Shown: positions 44,610 to 57,209, counted from the first letter of the stretch. The stretch: 64,000 nucleotides of DNA from an uncultured beta proteobacterium (GCA_963741215.1 CAVUHQ010000011.1:49935-113934), one strand, 5' to 3'. Notes: a model not told the origin generated them from the sequence alone. Numbers and translations: made by a program.

Positions 44610-47423
44610 TCAAGGTTTTGCCAACGCTTTCAGCGCCTGCCGGTCGATCTTGCCGGTGCCGGTCTTGGGCAGCGTGTCCAGGTACTCGATCGCGCGCGGA
44701 TACTTGTAGGGCAGCAGGCGTTGCTTGACAAAGGTTTGCAATTCGCGTGTGGTCTCCGGGCCCGGAGTGTGACCAGGTCGTAGCGCTACCCAGGCGCGTA
44801 CGCTCATCAGACGGTTGGCATCCTCGACCGCCGAGCACCGCGCACTCGAGGATCGCTGGATGCTCGGCCAGGCAGCGCTCGATCTCGAGCGGATGCACCC
44901 ACTGCCCGCTCACCTTGACCAGATCGTCGGCACGGCCCTCGAAGTAGTAGAAGCCGTCCTCGTCTTCGTGGAAGCGGTCGCCGGTCCAGATCCAGCCCTC
45001 GCGCATCGTCTCCCGCGTCTTGTCGGGCCGGTTCCAGTACAGCGGGCGCCGAAGAGTCGCCCGCGCACCCACATCACGCCGGACTCGCCGCGCTGCACCG
45101 GATTGCCGTCGATGTCCGTCAGCTTGATCTCGTAGCCGGGAACACGCGCGCCGCTCGCGCCGGGCTTCTGCTGGTCGACGCGGTTGGAGAGATACATGTG
45201 CAGGACCTCGGTCGAGCCCAGCCCTTCCACGATGGAAAGCCCGTAGCGCCGCTGCCATTCGCGGAACATCTCGCTCGACAGCACCTCGGCTGCGGAGACG
45301 CACAGCCGCAGGCTGGACAGATCGCGACGCTCCGAGCCCGGATGCGCAAGCAGCGCGTTGTAGAGTGTCGGCAATCCGAACAGGATCGTCGGCCGATGAC
45401 GCTCGATCGCGGCTAAGCACCGCTTCGGGGTCCGGCCGGCCCGGATGCAGCACCGCGCTGCGCGCCGACCGAAAACGGAAACGTGAGCGAGTTGCCGAAG
45501 CCGTACGCAAAGAAAATCTTGGGCGGCGAGAACACGATGTCGTCCGCGCGAATGCCGAGCATGCGCCGGCCGTAGCTCTCGAACGTGTACGGCAGCATCG
45601 TGCTGGAGATGCACCACGCCCTTGGGACGCCCGGTCGAGCCCGAGCTGTACATCCAGAACGCCATCTGCGTCCCGGTGCGTGTCCGCGGGCTCCAAGTCG
45701 TCGGGCTGCGCGGCGAGCCACTGGTCCCATGCGTGCACACTGTATGGATGCGGCGCCAAGTCTGCGGCTCGGCCTCACCCGTCAGCACCACATGCCGCAG
45801 TCGGCTCGCGCGCGCAGTCTTCGTGCGCGAGCAGTGGCGCGAGCTCGGCGTCGGACGATCGCCACCTCGGCACCGCTGTCCTGCAAGATAGTAGGCAACC
45901 AGCTCGGGCGGCGACAGCGTATTAACCAGCACCGGCACGAAGCCGGCGCGCATCGCACCGAAGATCGCGGCGACATATTCGGGCGTGTCGTGCATCAGCA
46001 GCAACACGCGCTGGCCACGCGACAGGCCGAGCGCGATCAGCGCGTTGCCGACTCGCGATGCCGTGCTCGCACAGCGTCGCGGTAGCTGATGGCGCGCGCT
46101 CGCGCAATACAGCGCGATCTTTCGCCGCGGCCCGCCGCGAGATTGTCGAACAGGATGCTGCGACTGCGTTGTAGCGCTCCGGCACCTCGAATCCGATCTC
46201 GCGTGCACCCGGCGCATCGCGCGGTACCGGATCGGCTATGCGCCCTTCCCGCCTGGCCGGCCAGCGTCGATCGGCACCGCCGCTGCGCCTCCACCATCGC
46301 CATGAACTCGCGGCGCCGTCTCGCGCAGGCGCTCGTCGCTCATGCGGCCGCTGCGGGTCATGTAGTCGTAGGCGAGCTCCCACGGCTCCAGCTGCATCTT
46401 GTCCGCGAGGCGCTCGTACCAGAACGAGCTGTGGTTGGCCGCCGCCACCAGCTTGTCGACGATCGGGCGCCGCTCGCGCTCGAACAGCGACAGCGCTGCC
46501 GCTACGTCTCCGGCTTCGGCCAGCGCGCGGTCCAACGCGATCGCATCCTCGAACGCCAGCCGCGTGCCGGACCCGATGGAAAAGTGCCCGGTGCGCAGCG
46601 CGTCGCCGATCAGCACGGTGTTCTCGACCACCCAGTTGCGGGTGTAGATCAACGGGAAAGTTGCGCCAGATCGAGCGATTGGAGATCAGCGGCTGCCCGT
46701 CGAGGTCCGGCGCGAACACGCTCTCGCAGTAGGCGCGGCTTTCCTCGTCGCTCATGCGATCGAGCCCGGCCCGGTACCAGGTCGCCGCGTCGCATTCGAC
46801 GATGAAGGTGCTCATCGTCGGGCTGTAGCGATAGTGGTGCGCGACGAACGCGCCGTGCTCGTTCGCGCGGAAGGTGAGCGTCAGGCAATCGAACACCCGC
46901 CGCGTGCCGTACCAGGCGAACTTGTTGGTGAGATGGTCGATGCGCGGTCGGAAGCTCGTCGGCATGCAGTGCGCCGGACCAGCGAGTTGACGCCGTCGGC
47001 GCCGACGACCAGGTCGAAACCCGCAGAACGCTATCGAGCGACGCGAGCGGGCGGCCGAAGCTCGATCTGCGACGCCCTGCTCGCCCGCGCAGCTCCTGCA
47101 GCAGCTCGAGCAGCTTGCAGCCGCGCGATCGCGGAGAAGCCGTTGCCGTCGATCACGACCGCCTGGTCGCGGTGGACGATCTTCTGCACCGGCCAGGACT
47201 CCATCTGCGCAGCCAGCGCGCGGTAGACCTCCGGCTCGTCGCGTTCGAGGAAGCTGCAGCGCGCCCTGCAGAGAACACGACGCCGAAGCCAAACGTCGCT
47301 GCGCGCGGGTTCTGCTCGATGACGACGATCTCGTGCTCCGGCTGCCGCCGCTTGGTCAGGAAGGCGAACAGCAGCCCCGCCGGTCCCGCTCCGATCGACG
47401 CCGATGCGAAGTGGTCTAGGCAA
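44610..47423 (-). CDS. Probable fusion of FAD-dependent aryl-CoA monooxygenase-like domain and benzoate-CoA ligase family domain, many indels
   Basis: [23 protein letters not shown] and [18 protein letters not shown], followed by [31 protein letters not shown] and LPKTGTGK. No start codon seen for the ligase part. Confidence 0.7.
44620..44744. repeat. 125-bp direct repeat, second copy inside the ligase gene
   Basis: Matches 43517-43641. Confidence 0.95.
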
Positions 47424-47428
47424 TTGCT

Positions 47429-49016
47429 TCAGCCCCGGGCGCGCAGCTTGAAGCGCTGGATCTTGCCGGTCGCGGTCTTGGGCAATTCCGCGAGGAACTC
47501 GACCCAGCGCGGATACTTGAACGGCGCCAGCCGATCTTTCACGTGCTGCTTGAGCGCCTCGGCCAGAGCCGCGTCGGCTTCACCCCAGGCTTGGCCACCA
47601 CGTAGGCCTTGGGCTTGATGAGCTGCTGCTCGTCGGGCACGCCGATCACCGCGGCCTCCAGCACGTCCGGGTGCGTCACCAGCGCCGCCTCGACCTCGAA
47701 CGGCGAGACGTACATGCCGCTCACCTTGAGCATGTCGTCGGAACGTCCGCCATAGGTGTAGTACCCGTCCTGGTCGACGCTGTACTTGTCGCCGGCGCGG
47801 GTCCAGGGGCCGACGAAGGTCGCGAGGCTCCTGGCGCGGTTGTTCCAGTAGTGGATCGCGCTGGTGGGACCGTTGATCTGCAGTTCGCCCAGCTCGCCCG
47901 GCCCGACCTCTTTCCCGACCTCGTCGATCAGGCGAATCTGATAGCCCGGCACCGGCTTGCCGGTGGTGCCGTAGCGCACCTCGCCCGGCCGGTTGGAGAT
48001 GAAGATGTGCAGCATCTCGGTCGACCCGATGCCGTCGAGAATCTCCACGCCGAAGTGTTCAGTCCAGCGCCTGCCGATATCTGCCGGCAGCGCTTCGCCC
48101 GCGGAGGTGCACACCCGCAGCGCCACTTCATCGCGTCGCGGCAGCTCCGGGCTCGCGAGCATCGCGCCGAACAGCGTCGGCACGCCGTAGAAGATGGTGG
48201 GCCTGTGCTCCTTGAGGCGCTTGAACACGGCCGCGGGCGTCGGACGCTCGGCCATCAGCACCGCGGTCGCGCCGACCGCCATCGGAAACGTGAGCGCGTT
48301 GCCGAGCCCGTAGGCGAAGAACAGCTTGGCGGCCGAGAACACGACATCGCTCTCGCGAATACCCAGGATCGGGCGCGCATACAGCTCGGCGGTCTGGATC
48401 AGGCTGGAGTGGACGTGCACCGTGCCTTTCGGGCGTGCCGGTCGATCCGGACGAGTAGAGCCAGAAGCAGACGTCGTCGCTGGTGGTCGGTGCGGGCGAG
48501 AAAGTGGCAGCGGCCTGCGCCATCAACGCTTGCAGATGCAGGTGACCGTGCGCATTCTTGCCCGACACGATCACGTGCTCGAGCGAGCGCACCTCGCGCA
48601 GGATCGGTGCGAAGACCGGCAGCAGCGCCTCCGACACCACCAGCGCGCGTGCGCGGCTGTCCTCCAGCATGAACTTGTAATCCGCGGTGGTGAGAAGCGT
48701 GTTGCCTGCGATCGGCACGATCCCGGCCTTGATCGCACCCAGGAACACGCTGGGGAAATCGATCGTGTCGAGATGGGCGACCATGATCGCGGCTTTCCAT
48801 CCCGAGCCCGACGCCAGTCAGCGCATTCGCCGCGCGATCGACGCGCTCCGCCAGCTCGCCGTAGGTGTAGCGTCCGGCGTCGTCGATGTACGCGATCTTG
48901 CCGGCGCGACCCGCAGCGAGGTTGCGCTCGATCAGGTCATATGCCGCGTTGTAGTCGCGCGGGATGTCGATGATGGGCGGACTGACGCTGTGGTCAGCGC
49001 TGCTCGAGCCCGGCAC
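47429..49016 (-). CDS. bclA: Benzoate-CoA ligase, frameshifted
   Basis: [58 protein letters not shown] and [15 protein letters not shown]. Adjacent to box genes. Confidence 0.88.
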
Positions 49017-49078
49017 GCCTTCTCCTCCGTTTCTTGTCCTGCGCCCTATTAGGATTGCGCAATTGACTAACATCTTTT

Positions 49079-49168
49079 CCCTCACCCCTAACCCCTCTCC
49101 CGGGGGGAGAGGGGAGTTGACAGCCCTCTCCCCCCGGGAGAGGGTGGCGCATCGCGCCGGGTGAGGGA
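49079..49168. repeat. REP-like composite palindrome (CCCTCACCC / CCCTCTCCC..GGGAGAGGG)
   Basis: Two CCCTCTCCC..GGGAGAGGG hairpins bracketed by CCCTCACCC and GGGTGAGGG. Confidence 0.8.
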
Positions 49169-49246
49169 GGCTTGCGGCTCGGCGTCAGCCACTTCCACGA
49201 GCGTCTGTAGGATTGCAGGACAACATATACCAGCGGCGCGCAGCCG

Positions 49247-49729
49247 TCACGCCGACGCTTCGGCGCCGATCTGCTCGCGGCAAAGCGCGACCCAGCCGTC
49301 GATCCACTCGGCGGCTACTTCCTCGGGCATGGTGCCCGCGCTGGCGTCGTGGAGCAGGATCTCGCCGATGCGCTTGGCTCCCAGCTCCGACAGGATGCGG
49401 TCGAAGCGCCGGCCGCCATTGCAGAAGGTCTCGGCGTAGGTGCGGTCGCCCAGCGCGATCACCCCATAGCGGACACCCGACAGATCCGGCCGCGCCGTCT
49501 GCAACGATTCGTACAGCATCTTGGCATTGTCGGGCACGTCGCCCTGGCCGTAGGTGGAGCTGCAGATGAGGAACAGACCACCGCCGTCGAATGCGGCGGC
49601 ATCCAGGCCATCCATCAGCCTGGCTTGCGCGCGCGTGTCTGCGTCGTCGATCCTCAGCTCGAGTTCCTGCGCCACGAGCTGGGCGGTGCCGGTCATGGTG
49701 CCGACGAGAATCGTGAGAGACAGCGGCAA
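49247..49729 (-). CDS. Flavodoxin (MioC-like)
   Basis: GTMTGTAQ FMN loop, STYGQGDVPDNA and ALGDRTY..FCNGG. Confidence 0.9.
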   Translation of the reverse strand: MPLSLTILVGTMTGTAQLVAQELELRIDDADTRAQARLMDGLDAAAFDGGGLFLICSSTYGQGDVPDNAKMLYESLQTARPDLSGVRYGVIALGDRTYAETFCNGGRRFDRILSELGAKRIGEILLHDASAGTMPEEVAAEWIDGWVALCREQIGAEASA

Positions 49730-49773
49730 GGTTTCGCTCCGTGTGAGATTACGCTTTGCGTTCCTGGACCGAA

Positions 49774-49817
49774 TGCATTATAGTGCGACTGCTAACCATT
49801 ACAAGCATTATATTACA
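49774..49817. promoter_or_regulatory. Candidate BoxR/BzdR operators
   Basis: TGCATTATAGTGCG (49774) and AGCATTATATTACA (49804), TGCA-N6-TGCA-like boxes in the divergent promoter. Confidence 0.55.
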
Positions 49818-50734
49818 TGGTCGTGAATGCAACCCTCAAGACCCGCGCACCCGCCCGGCGCCGAGCCGCAAAGGCGGAAGCGCCGGCCAACGGCGATCGC
49901 CCTTTCCTCCAGGAGTTGGGCGAGCGGGTGCGTGCCGCACGCGCCCGCAGCGGTTTGACGCGCAGGGGCCTGGCGCAGGAGTCGGGCGTGTCGGAGCGCT
50001 ATCTGGCTCAGCTCGAGGGCGGCCAGGGCAACATCTCGGTGCTCTTGCTCCAGAAAGTAGCCGGCGCGCTCAACCTGGCGCTGGGCGAGCTGCTGATCGA
50101 ACAGGACGAGCAGGCGGTCGAGCTGAAGCTGATCCAGCAGTTTCTCAAGCGCCTGCCTTCGCAACAGCTCCCCAAGGTGCGTGCCCAGCTCATGCGCGAC
50201 TTCGGCAACAGCCCTGCCGACCGGATGAAGCGGATCGCGCTCATCGGTTTGCGCGGCGCGGGGAAGTCAACGCTCGGCGCGCTGCTCGCGAAGCAGCTCG
50301 GCGTTCCGTTCATCGAGCTGGACCGCGAGATCGAGCGCGAGGCGGGGACCAGCTTGTCCGAGATTTTTTTGCTCTACGGTCAACAAGGCTACCGCCGCTA
50401 CGAACGGCGTTGCCTGGAAAAGGCGCTGCACGACCATGAGCGCTGCGTCATCGCCGCCGGCGGCAGCATCGTTTCCGAGCCGGGTACCTATGACCTGCTG
50501 CTGTCGACCTGTTTCACGGTCTGGCTCAAGGCAGCACCCGAAGAGCATATGGCGCGTGTCATTGCGCAGGGCGACACGCGGCCGATGGCGGGCAATGCCG
50601 AGGCGATGGATGACCTGCGCCGCATTCTCGATGGCCGCGCCGTGCTGTACGCGCAGGCCGACGCGATGGTGGACACGGCTGGACGCACGGTCGAACGAAG
50701 TCTGAAAGAGATCAAAAAGGCGCTGCGCGCCTGA
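49817..50734 (+). CDS. boxR: BzdR/BoxR-type regulator (XRE HTH plus shikimate-kinase-like domain)
   Basis: SGVSERYLAQLEGGQGNIS, LIGLRGAGKSTLG and EEHMARVIAQGD.RPM. Confidence 0.9.
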   Translation: MVVNATLKTRAPARRRAAKAEAPANGDRPFLQELGERVRAARARSGLTRRGLAQESGVSERYLAQLEGGQGNISVLLLQKVAGALNLALGELLIEQDEQAVELKLIQQFLKRLPSQQLPKVRAQLMRDFGNSPADRMKRIALIGLRGAGKSTLGALLAKQLGVPFIELDREIEREAGTSLSEIFLLYGQQGYRRYERRCLEKALHDHERCVIAAGGSIVSEPGTYDLLLSTCFTVWLKAAPEEHMARVIAQGDTRPMAGNAEAMDDLRRILDGRAVLYAQADAMVDTAGRTVERSLKEIKKALRA

Positions 50735-50746
50735 GGAGCAATTCGG

Positions 50747-52432
50747 ATGAGCGCTGTTCTGGAACAGGCAACACCGGAGCCACGAGTCCTGGTGACCTAC
50801 GACACCCACCCCGACCGCTACGTGCACTGGCGGATGGCCTTCGACGGCGCAGTGGCCACGCTGTCCATGGACGTGAACGAAGAGAAGGGCATCAAGCCGG
50901 GCTACCGGCTCAAGCTCAACTCCTACGATCTGGGCGTGGACATCGAGCTGTACGACGCCCTGCAGCGCATCCGCTTCGAGCATCCGGAAGTGAAGTGCGT
51001 GGTGCTCACCTCCGCCCGCGAGCGGATGTTCTGCTCGGGCGCCAACATCTACATGCTCGGACTCTCGAGCCACAGCTGGAAGGTGAACTTCTGCAAGTTC
51101 ACCAACGAGACCCGCAATGGCATCGAGGACTCGAGCCGGCATGAAGGGCTCAAGTTCCTGGCGGCGGTGAACGGGACGGTGGCGGGCGGCGGCTATGAGC
51201 TGGCGCTCGCCTGCGACGAGATCCTGATGATCGACGACCGCTCGTCCACGGTGAGCCTGCCCGAGGTGCCGCTGCTCGGCGTGCTGCCCGGCACCGGAGG
51301 CCTCACGCGCCTCACCGACAAACGCAAAGTGCGGCGCGATCTCGCGGACGTGTTCTGCAGCACCTCCGAGGGCGTGCGCGCGGATCGCGCCAGGCAGTGG
51401 AAGCTCGTCGACCACATCGCCAAGCCTCAGCAGTTCGCCCAGGCGGCAGCGGAGCGGGCCGCGGAACTGGCCCGGCACAGCAACCGCCCTGGCGCGGGCA
51501 CTGGCGTGGCGCTGCCGCCACTCGAGCGAACCGATCGACGCGGCGGGTTATCACTATCGCCACGTGGACGTCGCCATCGACCGCAGCGCGCGCACGGCGA
51601 CCATCACCGTAGCCTCCCCGCAAAACACGCAGCCGCAGACCCTCGAGCAGATCCACGCGGCGGGCGCGAGCTGGTGGCCGTTGGCCATGGCGCGCGAGCT
51701 GGACGATGCCATCCTCCTGTTGCGGACCAACGACCTCGAGATCGGTTTGTGGATCCTGAAGACACGCGGCGACATCGATGCCGTGCTGGCCGCCGATGCG
51801 ATGTTGAAACAGCATGCCGCTGACTGGTTCGTACGCGAGACCATCGGCATGCTGCGCCGTACTCTGGCGCGCCTGGACGTATCGTCTCGAACCCTGTTCG
51901 CCATCATCGACCAGGGATCGTGCTTCGCCGGCACCTTGCTGGAGCTGGCGCTGGCGGCCGATCGCAGCTACATGCTGTTGCTGCCCCAGCAAGAAAGCAG
52001 CGCTCCGGCGATAGCGCTGTCGGAGATGAACTTCGGTGACTACCCGATGGTGAATCATCGGACACGGATCGCTACACACTTCTGCGGTGAGCAGACACCG
52101 GTTTCGGCCGCGCACGCCATGATCGGGGACAAGCTCCACGCCGCCATCGCGGAGGAATTGGGTCTAGTTACATTCGCGCCCGACGACATCGACTGGGAGG
52201 ACGAAGTGCGCCTCGCCATCGAGGAGCGGGCGAGCCTGTCGCCGGACGCCCTCACTGGCATGGAGGCCAACCTGCGCTTCGCCGGTGCCGAGACCATGGA
52301 GACGCGTATCTTCGGCCGCCTGACAGCGTGGCAGAACTGGATTTTCAATCGACCCAACGCCGTTGGCGAACAAGGGGCCCTCAAAGTTTTCGGCACCGGC
52401 TCCAAGGCCAAGTTCAACTGGGAGCGAGTCTG

Positions 52433-52433
<1 letters not shown>
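50747..52433 (+). CDS. boxC: 2,3-epoxybenzoyl-CoA dihydrolase, frameshift near 51540
   Basis: LKLNSYDLGVDIEL, KVNFCKFTNETRN and ETRIFGRLTAWQNWIF. Confidence 0.95.
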
Positions 52434-53842
<1,409 letters not shown>

Positions 53843-53919
53843 GCGAGGCGGCCTTCGGGTCGGTGCGCAAAATACTCATGAGCGTTGGCATCGATAGACG
53901 CACGAACGAGGAGGGACGC

Positions 53920-54384
53920 ATGCCTGAAACAACTATCAGTCATCTCGAGCGCCGGAAGATCGAAGCTGGTGTCTTGATCCCGATGATCCAGGCCTTCCAG
54001 CGCGCGATCGGCAAGGAGCAGGCGAACGAGATCGCCCGTGCGGTCATCGTAGAGCTCGCGCGCAAGGACGGCGAGCGCTGGGCCGAGCACTTTGGCCGCG
54101 ACCTGGCCGCATTGGAAAAGGTATCCGGTGTCTGGGCGGGCGGCGGCGCCCTGGAAATCGAACCGTTGGCAAAGTCGGCCGAGGCGTTCGACTTCAATGT
54201 CACGCGGTGCAGGTATGCGGAGTTCTACAAGGATCTCGGACTCCCCGAACTGGGTCACCTGTTCCACTGCAGCCGCGACTTCGCCATGGCCGAAGGATTC
54301 AATACCGATATGACACTAGAGCGAACGCAAACCATCATGCAGGGGGCACATCATTGCGACTTCCGCTTCCGGGTCAAACCTTGA
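53920..54384 (+). CDS. L-2-amino-thiazoline-4-carboxylic acid hydrolase-like family protein
   Basis: FNVTRCRYAEFY..C.RDF..LERTQTIMQGAHHCDFRF. Confidence 0.85.
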   Translation: MPETTISHLERRKIEAGVLIPMIQAFQRAIGKEQANEIARAVIVELARKDGERWAEHFGRDLAALEKVSGVWAGGGALEIEPLAKSAEAFDFNVTRCRYAEFYKDLGLPELGHLFHCSRDFAMAEGFNTDMTLERTQTIMQGAHHCDFRFRVKP

Positions 54385-54429
54385 GATTACTCGAGCTTCA
54401 GCCTGAGCCAGGTTGCGTCGACCGGCTCT

Positions 54430-54622
54430 AACCACCCCGGCGCTTCGCGCCACCCCGCCTTGAAAAGGCGGGAGTAAAAGATTCCTCCCCTCCTGCCAGA
54501 GGAGGGGTGACCACGCAGTGGTCGGGGTGGTGGGAGCTGGCTGCAAACCACCCCGTCGCATTCGCGCCACCCCTCCTTCGGAAGGAGGGGAAGGGGTGCC
54601 CGCGAGCGGGCGGGGTGGTGGG
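54430..54622. repeat. Cluster of REP-like hairpins (ACCACCCCG..CGCCACCCC..CCT..AGG.GGG)
   Basis: Three or four related hairpin units in alternating orientation in the intergenic region. Confidence 0.75.
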
Positions 54623-54675
54623 AGCCTGCCCGGTGCTGCTACCATGTCTATCTTCGCAGACCCGAGGAGGACGAG

Positions 54676-54960
54676 ATGAACGCTGCTGAATTCGAGTTGG
54701 CGCTTCGTCAGGACGGATTCAACGAAATATTGACGCGCGAGCTGCCAGCGGGATTGGCTGTCGCGGAGCATGCGCATCCTTTCGACGTCCGCGCGCTTGT
54801 GCTCGCCGGTGAGATCACACTCACGGTCGACGGGCTCGGTCGCGCGTACCGTGAGGGTGACGTGTTCGTGATGCCCGCCGGTCGCCCGCACCAGGAGAAC
54901 GTCGGACCCTCTGGTGTCCACTACGTCGCCGGCCGGCGCGTCGCTGAGGGCCAGTCCTGA
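54676..54960 (+). CDS. Small cupin protein
   Basis: HAHPFDVRALVLAGEI..YREGDVF..GRPHQE. Confidence 0.8.
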   Translation: MNAAEFELALRQDGFNEILTRELPAGLAVAEHAHPFDVRALVLAGEITLTVDGLGRAYREGDVFVMPAGRPHQENVGPSGVHYVAGRRVAEGQS

Positions 54961-55062
54961 GCGCAGTCGCGGTGCCGGCGTCGCGCTCCTTCGTTCTTGC
55001 TCGGAGCGTGCCCGGCAACGATGGAGTGAACCTCTTCTGCCGAAGGCGTTCGAGTCGCTCTC

Positions 55063-55830
55063 ATGCCTTTTCCGTCCGCCAAGACCTGCCAGATCTGCTC
55101 GAAACCGCTCACGATGCACGAGCGGTTCGCGGGGAACATCTGCAGCGACTGGCGCTGCCGCTGGCGCAGCCTGGACGCGCAATTGGAGACGCATCGGAGC
55201 GAAACGGCGGCGGCCCTGGGCGAGAAATCGGCCGCATCATTCCCGATCACCGTTGTCCCGTTCCACACCCGCCCCACCGTGCCGGTTGCGGAAGAAGAGC
55301 GGCAGGAGCTGCTCGCCTTTCTGCAAGGACTCCTTCAGGAGATTTCTTCGCACGAGCATGTGGCGCCCGCCGCGCCCACAGACCCAGGCACGGAAGCGTC
55401 CGCCAACGCAGAAGCGCCCAACAATGTGGCCGGCTTACTCGGGAAAGTGTGCGGTGTCTGCGAAGGGTTCTGTTGCCATTACGGAGCGACGCGGCACGCC
55501 TTCCTGGATGAGGAGACCCTGGTGCGCTTCCTGGCGCAGCACCCGGATATGCCGTCCGCAGAGGTGGTCATGAGCTTCATCCAGCGAATTCCGGCGGAGC
55601 ATTACAAAGGCTCCTGCATCTATCACACCAAGACCGGTTGCAATCTCCCGCGCGACATGCGTGCTCGCATCTGCAATGCCTACGAATGCAAGGGGTTGAC
55701 GGAGACCCGTCAGCACGTTGCGAAAACCGGCGCCGCTCGGGTATTCGTCGTGGTCCGGCATGATAACCGGATCATGCATTCGGCATTCGTGGATGCATCC
55801 GGAACGCGGCGCAGCGTGGACGCAGGCTAG
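55063..55830 (+). CDS. Cys-rich hypothetical protein (CxxC, CxxCxxxCC)
   Basis: CQIC..CSDWRC, CGVCEGFCC and SCIY..GC.LP..R..ICNAYEC. Confidence 0.7.
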   Translation: MPFPSAKTCQICSKPLTMHERFAGNICSDWRCRWRSLDAQLETHRSETAAALGEKSAASFPITVVPFHTRPTVPVAEEERQELLAFLQGLLQEISSHEHVAPAAPTDPGTEASANAEAPNNVAGLLGKVCGVCEGFCCHYGATRHAFLDEETLVRFLAQHPDMPSAEVVMSFIQRIPAEHYKGSCIYHTKTGCNLPRDMRARICNAYECKGLTETRQHVAKTGAARVFVVVRHDNRIMHSAFVDASGTRRSVDAG

Positions 55831-55850
55831 GGCTGCCGCCCCGGGCTTGC

Positions 55851-57005
55851 TCAACTCTGGATTGCGGACGACCCCGAAAAGCACAGACTCGCGTGGAGCT
55901 CGCGGCTCCTCAATTGAGGATGCGCAACTGGCTTGGCGCGGCAGGCGGTTTTGCGCCGAGCTGGATGACCTCGAAGTCGTTGGCCGTCAGCGCGCGGAAG
56001 GCCGGGTTCAGCACGTCGTTGTTCCAGCGCGTGTCGTAAGTGCCGCTCACGTACAGATCCGATCCGTTGTCGGCAACGATCAGGCCGTATCGCTTCATCG
56101 CGCGGAAGATCTTCTGCACCTCCGGCGTAAATGCCGGAGATGTCGCGGCCGGCCTTCAGCCGCAGCCGCGCACCCATGGGCAGCGCACCGGTCGTCGAGC
56201 CGGCGCGATGTGACGCCGGATACACGTAGCCGTTCGTCGCCCGCACCGTCACGCGAAACGCGTGACCGATTTCGCCAGCCCCGAACACCTCGTCGTACCG
56301 CACGAGCCCCGGCAGAATCGCCAGCCCGGCGGCGTCGGCCGACGTCCAGCCGTCCGGACGCCGCCCGTTCGCGTTCAGGTCGAAGAACGCGCCGGAGCCG
56401 GCGTGCCACTGGCTGCCGTCGTAGAACACGTTGTAGAGCTCGTACAGATAGCGCCGATCGCGATCGACGATGAGCAGGTGGCGGTCGCTGCTGCTGCGCA
56501 GGTCGACGTTGCCCGGGTCGCCGCCCTCGATCCAGTGCGCCTGGGTGATCGCCTCGTCCGGAATCGGGTAGAAGGGAATGCTGTGATTCGTGGCGTGATC
56601 GACGCCGTCGCTCTGATCCGCGTACTGAAACTGGACGGTCCGCGGCGTCACCGTACTGTCGACGACGGCGTACGGAAAGCCGTATATCTGCACGCTGCCA
56701 GTCGCGACGTCACCGCCGAAGTCCGGGTGCAGCGTTTTCGCAGGTCCGATGAAATTGATGTAGCTGGCCGACGCGGGATCGACCGGCGCGGTCGAAATGT
56801 CGAGATTCCACCAGTTGTCGGGCGGAAAAATGGGCAGCGGGCCCGGGATGGGACCGCCTAGCATATTGGTCGCAGCCGCGACGCTGCCGAGCATGTTCGT
56901 CGCAGCGGCAACGCTGCCGAGCGCGGCGACCGATATCAGCACCGCGAGCAAACTCCGGCCGTGAGGGCGAGGCATCGCTCGAATGAAACGCGGGGCTTGA
57001 GCCAT
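55851..57005 (-). CDS. Conserved-looking secreted hypothetical protein, frameshifted
   Basis: Signal peptide; FPPDNWWN.DIS..DRHLLIVD..WTSADAAGLAILPGLVRYDE..PMGARLRLK..YGLIVADNGS. Confidence 0.7.
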   Translation of the reverse strand: MAQAPRFIRAMPRPHGRSLLAVLISVAALGSVAAATNMLGSVAAATNMLGGPIPGPLPIFPPDNWWNLDISTAPVDPASASYINFIGPAKTLHPDFGGDVATGSVQIYGFPYAVVDSTVTPRTVQFQYADQSDGVDHATNHSIPFYPIPDEAITQAHWIEGGDPGNVDLRSSSDRHLLIVDRDRRYLYELYNVFYDGSQWHAGSGAFFDLNANGRRPDGWTSADAAGLAILPGLVRYDEVFGAGEIGHAFRVTVRATNGYVYPASHRAGSTTGALPMGARLRLKAGRDISGIYAGGAEDLPRDEAIRPDRCRQRIGSVRERHLRHALEQRRAEPGLPRADGQRLRGHPARRKTACRAKPVAHPQLRSRELHASLCFSGSSAIQS

Positions 57006-57209
57006 GGCGACTCCTTGTCGGTATAGAAGAAGCACCCTCCCCTATGCGTCGATTGGGCAGCGTGTGAGCTGTAAGCGTCTCAATCACGCGAGTCTTGAGG
57101 AAATTTTGGGGTCTTTCGGGCTCCTTTCCCACCATCAAGGCACCTGCTTCGCGAACCTCACCGGACTAGTCGCGTTGCGCTGGGAGGTCTCGCCCTTCCG
57201 ATCGATGCG

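Noticed and set aside
54430-54622. Possible CRISPR array or tRNA
   Set aside because: Units are degenerate hairpins in alternating orientation, without constant repeats or unique spacers. No cas genes and no cloverleaf were found.
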